The position numbers and the translations under genes are program-made. The notes beneath the pieces are model-generated. The model was not told where the DNA came from, ran no database searches, and was given only the letters and a program-made list of their open reading frames with translations. From a virus (lineage: Duplodnaviria > Caudoviricetes), in the IMG/VR virus record IMGVR_UViG_3300037067_016777, positions 32,001-96,000 of that record: a stretch of DNA of 64,000 bases; one strand, given 5' to 3'. Of this stretch, positions 46,991-57,481 are shown one piece after another. How positions within the stretch are numbered: position 1 is the first letter of the stretch; each line of letters starts with the position of its first letter.

Positions 46991-47656
46991 TCAATTCGAC
47001 TCGATTATTTCTTTCATTGCCGCTTGCATGATTTCTGGTTCAATCGCTGCATGGGCTATGCCAATCAATCTGAAAAAATTGTCATCGTCTATCAGTCTGT
47101 CAATTCTTTCCTGAGACAGCGATATGAATCTTTTTACAACAACACAATCCTGACATACTAATAGTAGCGGTTCCTCAATACCCATCGATTTTTGGAATTG
47201 TGTAAATTGATAAACGTCGAAAGGCACCTTTATTTTAGTGTTCTCGCCATGCCATAGTACGTAGAATAGGCATGCAGTACCTTTTAAAGCGTCGAACTGA
47301 CTGGCTTCTGTGAATGGGTTGAATAACTTGCCGTGGGTGATCTCGTACTTCTTCATCTCGATCATATAACGGGTGTACCATTCTTCCTGCCTCAAGCCCT
47401 TTTTACCACAAATCAAGCAATGTGGTTCGACAGTTATACTCTGCCTTTCTTTTTCTTGTCGTTTTGCTTCCTTCGCTTTAGCTGCACTTTCAATTTCATC
47501 TTTCTTTTGCTGTGCAATTTTCGCCAATTCTAGCTTACTTGACTCCAGCGTTCCTTCGTGGTTTTTACAAGCACGCTTGCCGCCGCCGATATGTAGTGTC
47601 TGTGCTTTATTGACTTCTTGCCCGCAAACACAACAAATAACTTTTGGAATCGGCAT
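46991..47656 (-). CDS. Cys-rich hypothetical protein
   Basis: several CxxC pairs; GAGGGAG RBS. Confidence 0.65.
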   Translation of the reverse strand: MPIPKVICCVCGQEVNKAQTLHIGGGKRACKNHEGTLESSKLELAKIAQQKKDEIESAAKAKEAKRQEKERQSITVEPHCLICGKKGLRQEEWYTRYMIEMKKYEITHGKLFNPFTEASQFDALKGTACLFYVLWHGENTKIKVPFDVYQFTQFQKSMGIEEPLLLVCQDCVVVKRFISLSQERIDRLIDDDNFFRLIGIAHAAIEPEIMQAAMKEIIESN

Positions 47657-47834
47657 CAGTCTCCCTCAACTTTCACACCTTCTTCATCATGCACGAAAAT
47701 CAAGATCTCTCCACCACCAGAAAAGTGCAAAATCACTTCATCACTACCTGACGCTGATCCTTTTGCGGTGTTTTGCTCGAAATCAATCAGTGTCTGCCCA
47801 ACGATCTGATCTAGATTGCACGCCGTTACTTGCA

Positions 47835-48707
47835 TTAGGATAATCCTAATGATAATAGATGCTCTGGCGGCAGGTCTGTTTCGATATATTGGTAATCCTG
47901 TTGCGATAACACTGATTGAGCCGAGTCGTAAACTTCCTTGGCAAGATCGCGGTATCTTGCCAAAAGGTCATGTTTGTGTCGCTCATAATCTCTGATGATC
48001 GCACACAGCAAGAAATGCTCAATTGATTTGAACTTACATCTGAATCCGTTTGCCTCTGTTCGCCACTTATAAATATTGAGATAATCGCGTATCATCAGAT
48101 ATTTATTGTATGACCGACCGGGATTGACCTGTAAGTCTTTAATGAGAAGTTGCAAATTGCGATCTGATACCTTTGCACGACACATCTTCTCATCAATACA
48201 ACCAAAATGGGCGAAACACACATCCTGAACGAACATATAAGGCGATATGGCTTTATCAGGGCCGGTCGCCTTCATATCTTCTGGCATTTCATGAATGCAG
48301 CCGACATACCTATAGTGTGGCCGGTTCCGAAATAACCGCATGCCCATCGCCGTCTTGTTACCGCCAAGTATCAAATGCTCTTGCGCCAGCACATAAGCTT
48401 CGTAATAACTTGATTCAACTAGTGGTAACAAGCCCTCAGGATTGAAAAGAACCTCGTCAGCATCAATCTGTAGAATCCAGTCGCCGATCAATCCCTCCTT
48501 TGCTAGATTTCGTGCTTGTGCGAAATCTTCAAAAGGAATATGACGAATATGGCATCCTAATGATTCTGCTATGCTGACTGATGAGTCGGTACTTCCTGTA
48601 TCGGCATAGACGATGGTTTTGGCAATGCACTTAACTGATTTGATGCACCGGCTAAGATAATCTTCTTCGTCCTTACCAATCATCGATACTGTGATAGAAG
48701 TCATCAC
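47835..48707 (-). CDS. family 2 glycosyltransferase
   Basis: DTGSTD, DFAQARN, WILQIDADE, RLFRN...IHE. Confidence 0.9.
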   Translation of the reverse strand: MMTSITVSMIGKDEEDYLSRCIKSVKCIAKTIVYADTGSTDSSVSIAESLGCHIRHIPFEDFAQARNLAKEGLIGDWILQIDADEVLFNPEGLLPLVESSYYEAYVLAQEHLILGGNKTAMGMRLFRNRPHYRYVGCIHEMPEDMKATGPDKAISPYMFVQDVCFAHFGCIDEKMCRAKVSDRNLQLLIKDLQVNPGRSYNKYLMIRDYLNIYKWRTEANGFRCKFKSIEHFLLCAIIRDYERHKHDLLARYRDLAKEVYDSAQSVLSQQDYQYIETDLPPEHLLSLGLS

Positions 48708-50171
48708 ATTTTTCCCTTGTATGGGAATAGTGGCTTGTCTTCCACAACTTTCAAGGTAACACTCATACGAGCGGCCTTGACTACTTCAAACCGTGTTCCT
48801 GGTTTAACATAATGCTTGATCAGTAAATCTGGCACAAATGCTGTGGTCCCACGACAGATTCCCTGTTGTCTCACGAACCATCGCGGTCCGGTACCATCGA
48901 GCATAGCCCATAATTGCACCTTGAGTACCGGCGTTTTCAACTGGTTATGCGCGAGCACATAACCACCCTCGCATTCAAGAACATCACCTACCTTGATGCC
49001 ACGATCCAACAATTCTCTGGTTTTGTCTGCGTCGTCAGCCATTGTCGTAATATAAAAGATATGTTCTAGTTCGGATGGTTATAGCACGACAACTCAATAC
49101 GATTAATCGCAGCCAGGTTTCTCGCCGGGCCATTTATCAAGCCAATCCCCTAATCCGAGTTGTCTTGCAGCTTTTTCCATTGTTGATCTCGGGATGCACA
49201 TCTTGTTTTCACCCGACATTTGGATGGCTAATTCCTCGATATCTTTCCTGATGTATTGCTGTAATGCTGCAAGGAATAGAATCGAATCGGTGTCGTACGA
49301 AAAATCTTGCTTGAAGTTAGTAAAGGAGCCGCACGAAAGCTTTCCCCTACCAGACGGTTTCTTTTTTTTCTTTGCCATCATCTAGGTTCTCTTCGTGAAA
49401 AGGAACTCGGCAACAAATAATTCCAACCCAATAAATACGATAAATGGGCAAAACACGATCTGGCCGAGCAAATTCAGCTTTGCTTCTTTGCCATAGAAGC
49501 AAGCGAACCAGAACTTCGTCTCTTTGATTGCGTTTTCCATTATCGCCCCTGAGAACTCTTCTTCAGTGTCCGCTCACACAAGCCGTAAGCCGACACCAGC
49601 TTGTCTTTCGGTACACCGTTCGGAAATACACACTCATGAAAGAACTTCCGCTGTTCTGGCGAACACAACTCTAATATCTCAGCAAGCTCTTGTCGCTGGA
49701 ATTCTTCTGTCTTAGTGTTAAGTGTCGACATTAAACAGTTCCTGTCAATCGGTGTAACAACCTTGCTTGGAAGAACGGGATAGCCATCCATGTCGGCGAC
49801 AGCTACGATGCGGAAGTTTTCTGTAGCAAAACACTGTGCCGTGCCTACCTCGACGATTTCGCCGTGAATGGTACTCTCAAACCAGACGTCACCAATCCGG
49901 TCCCGAATTCGAGTCAATTCTTCAATCGCTTGCGTTATCGTTATCATCTGTGCACTTTCTTCACGACCGTCGCTTTATGCTCACGGCACCAACGACGCCA
50001 GGTTTCAAGGGAGCATGCACTATCTGAACGATATTCTGCTCCCCCGCCTTTCCAAGGACTGTAATCAACTCGGAAGCGATCGACGTGATTCACTTCTCTG
50101 CCAATATCACAGTTATCGGCGGAAATAACATCTCCTCGCCTCGGGTCTGTCAGCGGGTTTCTGCTGGTCAT
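48704..50171 (-). CDS. four small hypothetical genes (49944-50171, 49540-49947, 49103-49381, 48704-49042)
   Basis: co-oriented ORFs; promoter copy at 49078-49107. Confidence 0.55.
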
Positions 50172-50195
50172 CTTTTCCTCATTTCGACTAATCAG

Positions 50196-50269
50196 TATGC
50201 CCGGAGGGACTCGGACCCCCGACCTGGGGGTTAGAAACCCCCTGCTCTATCCAACTGAGCTACGGGCAC
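50196..50269 (-). tRNA. tRNA-Arg(UCU)
   Basis: GTGCCCG acceptor stem, GGGGG-TTTCTAA-CCCCC anticodon arm, T-loop TCCGAGT; no encoded CCA. Confidence 0.88.
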
Positions 50270-52130
50270 GTCGGTCCTTCGTTGTATCTTTTGACTGCCT
50301 GAAATTGATCTTCTAGCGATTGCATAATTACTACTTGGTCGGCTAGCGAATTCACTATAAACCAATCGTCACCACGCTGATCTAATTGGAATTTGTCGTC
50401 CATTTCTGGGTATGAACATACCCACAAAACATCATCTCTATCCGAATAGACAATAAGCTCACAGAGCTCCTTTTGCAGCAACAATAATGGTGATGCCGCC
50501 GAATCCACAACAATTCGAGTGCTCCAATCATTGGTTTTAGCAATGACTTCAATTGTTTTCAGGACGTCTTTTTTGGTCATATTTCCGTTCGCTTGATTTT
50601 GGTGTCGCCAGATGGAACACATCCGGTCAATTGCATCCGTATCTTCGTGCAGTTGATGCAATAAACTTTAGGAGGCTCATTACATCTGCCTGTATATCTG
50701 ACCTCGCATCGTCTGCCGCAAGAACACCGGTAATATGCTCTTGGCATCATTGTGTTCCTATATCGGGCGGCAATTCGGGCGGCAATGCCTGCCAAGGGTC
50801 GCGACACCAAACATCATCGCGATGCTCTTCTGCCTTATCGAAATCGTCCTTGCCAGGATCGTCGTCGGTATCGCCGATACTGTCGTCAGCAAAGTCGAAA
50901 GCTGGGACGAACGAGTCTTCGCCAATGCTGAGATTGGTATGATCAACAGCAGCATCGACTCTATTTTCGATCATACTGACGAATTCGACAATTGTGTCGG
51001 AGATATCAGGTGCATTTTGCTGATTGGCACCACCGCGTAGCGATTCATAATACGCAGTCATGATCTGCGTATTGAAGTTTACGGCATGAAAGTTCGGGTG
51101 GCGTTCGAGTGACATATTATAATCTGCTGTATTTCGACGCGGTCGCGGCTGAAATTCCGAGCTCTTCTCCGATATGCTTGAACGACTCGCCCTTCTTCCT
51201 GCGAGATTTCACGGACTTGATGTTGCGCTTCAAATTGTATTCTTTGGCTTGTAATAGTCGACGGCCGATCTTTCTAATGCTTACATCGTCACTGCCGTTT
51301 GTTTTGATGAATTCACCCAGTGCGATGCAAAAGTCTTCGTCCAACAATATCGGTAGGGTGTATTCGTTTACTTGCCCGACCTTTACGAATGCGGATTTCC
51401 GCATTCGTTCCAGCGATTCGAATTCGTCTTGGTCAAGTACATCGTATTCTCCGCTTTGTTCTGCTCTTTTTTGTGCTTTGCAGTGCCGCTTGCATTTGCG
51501 TAGCTGATGCGCGAATGCTATGATGGCTGAGTTGTCGGAGCCATGGCGTAAGATATAATCTCCAAGTGCTGTACACGTTATGACATCAAGCAGTAATACG
51601 AGATAATCACAGAAAACCATATAGGCTCCAGCCTCAAACTTTTCTGACTTAGCCTTTTTTGCCATTTCTTCCTCGTTTCTTGGTTTCTTGTTCGATAGAT
51701 CGGTAGCCGACAAAATCTCCACAAACCTTACAAACGGTACGAATCCTTCGACCGTCTTTGGTTATCATGTCAACAAAATTCTTCTGATCTGAACACGTCG
51801 AGGCCGGGTCAAGAAGATTGTGGATGTTCATCTCTTCCCCCTCTTGATTTTGGGCTCTGGTGGCCACTGGACCAACACCGGTTGTCCCTTAATCCATTTC
51901 GACCCACATTCCCGCCACTTCTCGATGTCTGCGGCCCACCGCGCCATGTCTTCCGGATCTATACCTCTTTCGAGGAAGTATTGGGCCGACAGGATACCTT
52001 GAGCAAAGCCACGGCGGTAAGCCTTCTCAATGTCGGCCTGAACAATCGCACCCGGAGCCGCACCGTCGTCTAACTTCCAAGCCGGGTCGCTCTTCGCCTT
52101 AACTTGCGGAGGAATGAATTTCTTTGTCAT
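50260..52130 (-). CDS. run of hypothetical genes (51828-52130, 51649-51831, 51117-51665 with C-terminal HTH, 50747-51115, 50577-50750, 50260-50580)
   Basis: contiguous ORFs under promoter 52146-52175; GESFKHIGEELGISAATASKY HTH. Confidence 0.6.
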
Positions 52131-52145
52131 AGTTTTCTCCTGAAT

Positions 52146-52175
52146 ATCATAGCACGAAGAAGATGAATAGTAAAC
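52146..52175 (-). promoter_or_regulatory. phage promoter copy abutting the tRNA-Thr 3' end
   Basis: GTTTACT-17(TCGTGC)-TATGAT. Confidence 0.8.
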
Positions 52176-52178
52176 TAG

Positions 52179-52251
52179 AGCCGATGGAGGGAATCGGACC
52201 CACAACCCTGTGATTACAGATCACATGCTCTACCAATTGAGCTACACCGGC
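52179..52251 (-). tRNA. tRNA-Thr(UGU), atypical C33 and C55
   Basis: GCCGGTG acceptor stem, TGTGA-TCTGTAA-TCACA anticodon arm, T-loop TCCGATT. Confidence 0.82.
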
Positions 52252-52262
52252 TAATTTTAACG

Positions 52263-52625
52263 TTAGTCGCTTCTACCAAAGCCATTTCTAGCCGAACCAG
52301 CTGCCTTTGCGCATAATATATTGGGATCTGGGATAGGCAATGGATGGTTTTCAGCACATTTTACACAATATCGTGTGTCTGGCAATAGTTCTAAGCGTTC
52401 AATCGGAATTATTGTCCCACAATCATCACACAGCTTGCTTGGTTTCCGAGTTGAATAACTGACAGAAATTGTTCGAGACCAATAGAATTCCTTACCGCAC
52501 CTACCACATTCATCTTGGCTATCTTCTTCGCCACCACCACCATATTCATAACTCTCGCTATGAACATACCCGCAATGCGGACACACTATTTCTTTGGTAT
52601 ATTCACAATCAATCTTTTCAGCCAT
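52263..52625 (-). CDS. zinc-ribbon plus DksA/TraR C4-type zinc-finger protein
   Basis: CDDCGTIIPIERLELLPDTRYCVKC; N-terminal CPHC...CGRC. Confidence 0.75.
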   Translation of the reverse strand: MAEKIDCEYTKEIVCPHCGYVHSESYEYGGGGEEDSQDECGRCGKEFYWSRTISVSYSTRKPSKLCDDCGTIIPIERLELLPDTRYCVKCAENHPLPIPDPNILCAKAAGSARNGFGRSD

Positions 52626-52639
52626 TTGAGTAGTACTAT

Positions 52640-53289
52640 CTAATGGTGTTTATACCAATCTTTTAGGCCAGCTGCAAGAAGCCCATTTTCTAGAAATTGT
52701 TTCTGCGATCTACTAAAACCACGCCGCTTACACATCTGCTCGAATTCATCTTTGTTGACCGGCACGGCAATATCTGCCCACATTATCAATTCTTGTCTAA
52801 CAAGTTGACGCCAACGAAAAGTGGCACTCGGATTCCTCTTAATTCTAGCCCGTACCCAATCTTCATTGGTTGTGAGGAAATCGGTAATCTTGCCGATATA
52901 GCGTTTCGACAATATAAGACGCTTGCGTTCTTTCCTGCGCGTTGCTATTAACTCGCGGACCGCCACTAAGTCATCTTCTCGTACTTTGAGCGTAGTGAAT
53001 TTCATATGAGCAAACCACCAATGTTTTCATAGATACTCTGCACAATCTTCAAATCGCGCATGTCGAATTCATCACAGAACTTGACTTCAAATAGTCCAGG
53101 GATTGCTATTATACGGTCAATTTTCAGAAATGGAGAGTCACCAACAACACGAACTAAGTAATGGCTCTCAGTTGCAGGCTTTCTACGTGCATTACATACA
53201 TCAATTGCCAGATATACCCCGGCTTTCAATTCCTGAATATCGCTTTGAATGGTGTTTCCAAGTAGCATGTTGCTCTCCATCCTACTCAA
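52640..53289 (-). CDS. two hypothetical genes (53002-53289, 52640-53005)
   Basis: ATGA-coupled ORFs. Confidence 0.55.
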
Positions 53290-53295
53290 ACTAAG

Positions 53296-53591
53296 TAGAC
53301 CCGGCAGGACTCGAACCTGCGAACCAAGAAATTATGCATACCACTTCGTTTTTCAACGCCTCTTTCGAGTTCGTGGTCTGGACCATACCTTCACTTTACG
53401 TGTCTGCCGTCTGGTCTCTACACCTTCTGCTAAGCAGCTTGGCTCGGTATTAGCATTGCAGCCTTCACCGAATTTGACAGATTCTACCACAACCCTCATA
53501 AGAAAGCTGTAGCAACCCAATAGGATAATCATGCTTGCGTTTAGATTATCCTGCAAAAGTTTCCTGCTCTAACCAACTGAGCTACGGGTCC
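53296..53591 (-). tRNA. intron-containing tRNA(CAU), most likely Ile2
   Basis: exons 53558-53591 and 53296-53336 join to give a GGAAA-CTCATAA-TTTCT arm; GGACCCG acceptor, A73. Confidence 0.88.
53337..53557 (-). ncRNA. group I self-splicing intron (221 nt, no ORF)
   Basis: 5' exon ends in U, intron ends in G; P AAATTCGGTGAA, Q AATACCGAGC, R GTAGAGACCAG, S AAGGTATGGTCC; P3 TCTGTC/GGCAGA; P7 GACCA/TGGTC. Confidence 0.9.
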
Positions 53592-53866
53592 ATTCTCCTT
53601 AAATACTTCTTGTCATTTTCTAGTTTGGTATTTTCTGATAAGCCCAGCCAGCAAAAGTCTTCAGGGGGGTACTTCCTGATTCTTTCCCAGGCTTGCCATA
53701 ATGCATTTGTGGTGTCGTTCTGCGCCAATTAACAACGCCGTCGATGATGCTCTCGACGATTTTCTGTGTTCCATTACATCCCTCGTAAACTTCACCTTCC
53801 TTGATTTCGGTAGTTTTCATAGACATTAACTGACAACCTCCAGCGGTTTGTAAATTTGTAGCTTCC

Positions 53867-54484
53867 CTAGTCGTCACTGAGTCCGTGTTTGAATTTCTCG
53901 CAGCCCCTGATGTGCCGTGGGTCGATTCCTCTACATATCGGACATCTTGCAATCTTCAAGATTGATAATATTTCGTCAAGTGAAAATGGTCGCCACTCCC
54001 CAAGCAATGCGAATGCGTTATCTATTCCAACATCCATTGCTCTTCTTCCTGGAAAATGTTCGTTCAAGAATGCCTCAGATCTACCATGAGAATGGCCATA
54101 TAGGTGTATCGATTTTGGTTTTTCGCGCCCACGCCAAGAGAATATCGGATAATGGCATAGATGAAATCTAACACCATCGATTTTGGCGTAATCGATCTCT
54201 TTATATGACGAGACGTACTTTGAAAGAGATCGATAATCGTGGTTTCCGCCTATAACATGTATTCTGCGGACTTTGAATTTCGCACGGTAATGCCCATACC
54301 AGCTAGCGCCCCAAATCCAATCACCAAGAACACGTAATTCATCGCTCGGCTTCACAACGCGATTGCACTCACTTATGAAGTGTTCGCTCATTGTGTCTAT
54401 ATCGCCGAACGTAGCGGCTCTAAGCGGCATATGCTTGAGTACGTTCCCGTGCCGGATATGCATGTCAGCAACGAACCAGATCAT
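53867..54484 (-). CDS. calcineurin-like metallophosphoesterase
   Basis: ADMH..H, LGD, GNHD, LCHYP, LYGHSH, DVGID. Confidence 0.9.
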   Translation of the reverse strand: MIWFVADMHIRHGNVLKHMPLRAATFGDIDTMSEHFISECNRVVKPSDELRVLGDWIWGASWYGHYRAKFKVRRIHVIGGNHDYRSLSKYVSSYKEIDYAKIDGVRFHLCHYPIFSWRGREKPKSIHLYGHSHGRSEAFLNEHFPGRRAMDVGIDNAFALLGEWRPFSLDEILSILKIARCPICRGIDPRHIRGCEKFKHGLSDD

Positions 54485-54843
54485 ACTTCGATCTCGACAC
54501 GAGTAACAGTGCAACACTTCGCACTGCGAACATCGGCTACTGCCGACTTGATGGCTTGTTCAAGCGACTCGGCCTCTCGGCTGAATCGTATCCAAACGCG
54601 ATCACCACAACTAGCGATTGTGCCATCGCCACATCCAGCTTCCATGAGAGGGTCAGCTATCAACTTCATATTAGTGCCACTATCAAGGCACACAATGAAG
54701 TCGAATGTTTTCTGTTTGCTACTGAAGATTCGACGTGCTTCCTCCCAATCTACACGATCTACCACAACATGCTCGTGGTCAGGACTTTGTTGTAGACTGT
54801 CGTGGTTATGTAAGAAATTGATTCGTTGCATTAATGCTGCCAT
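54481..54843 (-). CDS. hypothetical protein
   Basis: GGAG RBS; EAGCGDGT...FSREAESLEQAI.SAVADV motif. Confidence 0.6.
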   Translation of the reverse strand: MAALMQRINFLHNHDSLQQSPDHEHVVVDRVDWEEARRIFSSKQKTFDFIVCLDSGTNMKLIADPLMEAGCGDGTIASCGDRVWIRFSREAESLEQAIKSAVADVRSAKCCTVTRVEIEV

Positions 54844-54861
54844 AGTAATCTCCGTAAATAC

Positions 54862-55902
54862 CTACAAATTGCTGAGTTTGGTCTCGTCCTCCGCTATCCA
54901 TTCAAGAATTCTATTGATATATTCTTCGACGTTTTCTATTTTGTCCTCCAAATCGCTTAGCCACCCTTCCGCTCTTTCGCGATAGTCGTCATTCCAAGCA
55001 GAAAATATTTTATCTTGGAGATCTGAAGCACTAGCACGCATTTTTGTGAGATTAGATTTAGCAGTACAAAGCCGTTCTCTGTTGCTTTCCAGATTGGTCG
55101 TTATCCTTTCTCTAATCCCAGACCTTTTATGCTCGTGGTGCTCGTCTAGCCGACGCCTCAATTCTTCCCACCATATATCATGAGTCTTGCGCATCTCTTG
55201 GATGGCATGAAAGCATTCTTGCTTGTGTTCGCCAAACATCTCTTCTTTGTGATTATGCAGTCTATCTCCGGCATTCTTCAACAAGCGCGACATTGCCTTC
55301 ATTTCATCGGTATCAACAAAACCAATACCACCAGGCAAGATAGCTAGTTCGCACGGTCGTGCGTTCTCGATATCAGACAGAATATCATTCCTTAAGTATT
55401 CCGATTGACGTCTCCTATTTGTCTGGTTTTCTTTTACGCGATCCCAGCATTCATTATGCCTCTCGCGCATGCTTTGCAGAGCCTCAAAACACGCTTTTTT
55501 ATGCTCTGCGATCATTTCACGCTTATGGTCACTAAATTTCCTATTGGCGTCGTTAAGTATAACACCCAGATCTTTAAGCGAATTGCGGAGCTCGCCGTGC
55601 GACAAAGCAAACGATAGCGGTTGTGCGTTGGCGATATCGCTTAATATCTCATCCATTAAGTGTTCTGAGCGTACGCGAAAATTCTTTTGCTGGTTTTTGG
55701 CGTCATCGCATAACAAGCTAAACGAGTCCCAAAGTCTTTCTCTGTCGTTAGACGATAGAGGTTTTAGAGTTTTAAATAATACATTGATTTCTTTTACCAA
55801 GTCCCAAAAATCTCTATAACTTCTCGAAGATAGGTGGTCCTCTAAGCTGCCAATAGCATCGCTAATTATTCTCGCATTAGCTTCACATCCACTATTTTGC
55901 AT
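54862..55902 (-). CDS. all-helical protein with an internal repeat (DUF349-like)
   Basis: duplicated ILSDI.NA.P...HK.EM..EHK..CF.A.Q.MR..H...W unit; start uncertain. Confidence 0.65.
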   Translation of the reverse strand: MQNSGCEANARIISDAIGSLEDHLSSRSYRDFWDLVKEINVLFKTLKPLSSNDRERLWDSFSLLCDDAKNQQKNFRVRSEHLMDEILSDIANAQPLSFALSHGELRNSLKDLGVILNDANRKFSDHKREMIAEHKKACFEALQSMRERHNECWDRVKENQTNRRRQSEYLRNDILSDIENARPCELAILPGGIGFVDTDEMKAMSRLLKNAGDRLHNHKEEMFGEHKQECFHAIQEMRKTHDIWWEELRRRLDEHHEHKRSGIRERITTNLESNRERLCTAKSNLTKMRASASDLQDKIFSAWNDDYRERAEGWLSDLEDKIENVEEYINRILEWIAEDETKLSNL

Positions 55903-55932
55903 AATCCACCATGGCGTAGATTGTTGCGTATT

Positions 55933-56253
55933 TTATTCTCTACAAACTCTTTTCATAGCCTCTTCAAAAGAAATCCTCGTGCTGATGTCTTCAACCTTCA
56001 CATTAGCACCAGTGTACGGTTTCGCCATATGCCGCCCGACAGGAACTTCGAGTTGCTCGCTCAAAGTCTGTGCCACTATTTGCGCGGCGATCCTATGACC
56101 AAAAGTCGAAGGACAAGCCGATGTGCCCATCCATGACTTGGTTTTCATATCAAAGATACCCCAGGCTTTGGGGCTCTTTAAGGTGCCAGGAACGAAATCT
56201 TCTTTTGTAAGCTCCGGTTCTTGTGCTGATTCGAATTTAAGAATGTCGCTCAT
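55933..56253 (-). CDS. hypothetical protein
   Basis: ATGA coupling. Confidence 0.55.
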   Translation of the reverse strand: MSDILKFESAQEPELTKEDFVPGTLKSPKAWGIFDMKTKSWMGTSACPSTFGHRIAAQIVAQTLSEQLEVPVGRHMAKPYTGANVKVEDISTRISFEEAMKRVCRE

Positions 56254-56696
56254 TTGTTACGATACTCCATCATAGTCCGATAAACCAACATATTTGGCGT
56301 ATGCAGCCTGAAATAAAGGCTATCATCGTCATACTTAATCTTGGCGACAGCGGCGGCAACTGCGGGCGAACGGCACGTACCCGCAAGGCAATGAATCAAT
56401 AGTAAATCAACTTTATCCCAAACAGATTCAACAAAATCCCAAATCTGTGTAGCATGGCTTTTGTCGAATAAGATTTTGTCTCCGTTCGGCTTATCAATAT
56501 CGTCGAATGCGATCCGTAACCAGTCGACAAGCTGGTATTTGTTGATTTTAGGCCAATCGCCCGGTTCGCAGCCAATAGAGATGCAAGCCCAAGGCTTGTC
56601 ACTTACGAAGCCATTGGCCGCTGCCTTGCCTACAACTAGCAACTTGCCGTTGATGGGCTGCCCAAATCGCGACTCACTATCATCGTAGTTGTACAT
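56250..56696 (-). CDS. protein tyrosine / dual-specificity phosphatase-like protein
   Basis: IHCLAGTCRS (CX5R), FDD acid loop, PNMLVY. Confidence 0.85.
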   Translation of the reverse strand: MYNYDDSESRFGQPINGKLLVVGKAAANGFVSDKPWACISIGCEPGDWPKINKYQLVDWLRIAFDDIDKPNGDKILFDKSHATQIWDFVESVWDKVDLLLIHCLAGTCRSPAVAAAVAKIKYDDDSLYFRLHTPNMLVYRTMMEYRNK

Positions 56697-56758
56697 CTTA
56701 CCTCAATCTTGATAGCCACAATCAGGGCGTAATTACCGTTTGCGTATTTCGGTTATCT

Positions 56759-57423
56759 TCATATATCTTCCTCGCCGAGAGCTACACGACAAACGTAACG
56801 CAACACACGCACTTGATATTCGAATAATTCAATTTGAATTTTCTCGCCTTCTTTATTCCGAATTACATCAAGGATATATTGCGGCGGCGAATTATTCAAC
56901 ATTTCTGTCAGTTTAGCATCCATCTCTCTGATGCCATCTAACACGACAGATGCATTTTCTCCAGTTCCCCAAACTGGATCGTACGAGTCGCTTACTGGTC
57001 CTGGCATTGATTCTTCAATTCGTCAATTCGTTGTTGTAAAGTCGTATAATCGCCACTGTAATAAGCCTCCATCGACTTTGCTTCCATTTCAAGATCGCGC
57101 GGCGGCAACATATACGGTTGCTTTCCTAATTGCTCTTGGATTTTGGGATTCAAATACTTTGCCTTACTGGCGACACGCAGAAATAACATACCGGTGAGAA
57201 TGAACACAGCACCAACATAAGCGGCGGCTATACCTAAAACGAGGGATAGATCGCTAATATGAGGTAGCCATATCTTGAAGATCGGAAAAGTGCCGACGAT
57301 TATAAACATACAAGCCTGATAAGTCGTACTCCTCTTTTTGACGACCATTTCAACCATCATCGCCAAGCCTATAATCTGACCCAGACTCAAAGCCAATATG
57401 AGGATTACTGATACATTATCCAT
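56759..57423 (-). CDS. membrane protein (56992-57423) and hypothetical protein (56759-57007)
   Basis: three hydrophobic segments in 56992-57423. Confidence 0.6.
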
Positions 57424-57481
57424 TTGTTATTTCCTAAAGATGTGTGCCAAGAGGGTTAACCCTCTTGGCACATTTGAATAT

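Noticed and set aside
50196-50269. Amber suppressor tRNA (CUA) and stop-codon recoding
   Set aside because: The 5-bp stem fixes the 7-nt loop TTTCTAA, giving anticodon TCT; full-length genes such as ligA end normally at TAG
52179-52251. tRNA-Tyr(GUA)
   Set aside because: Standard numbering gives TGT at positions 34-36; the short variable loop and acceptor stem fit Thr
53249-53556. ORFs 53249-53512 and 53353-53556 as an intron-encoded endonuclease
   Set aside because: They are short, overlap the ribozyme core and have no nuclease motifs
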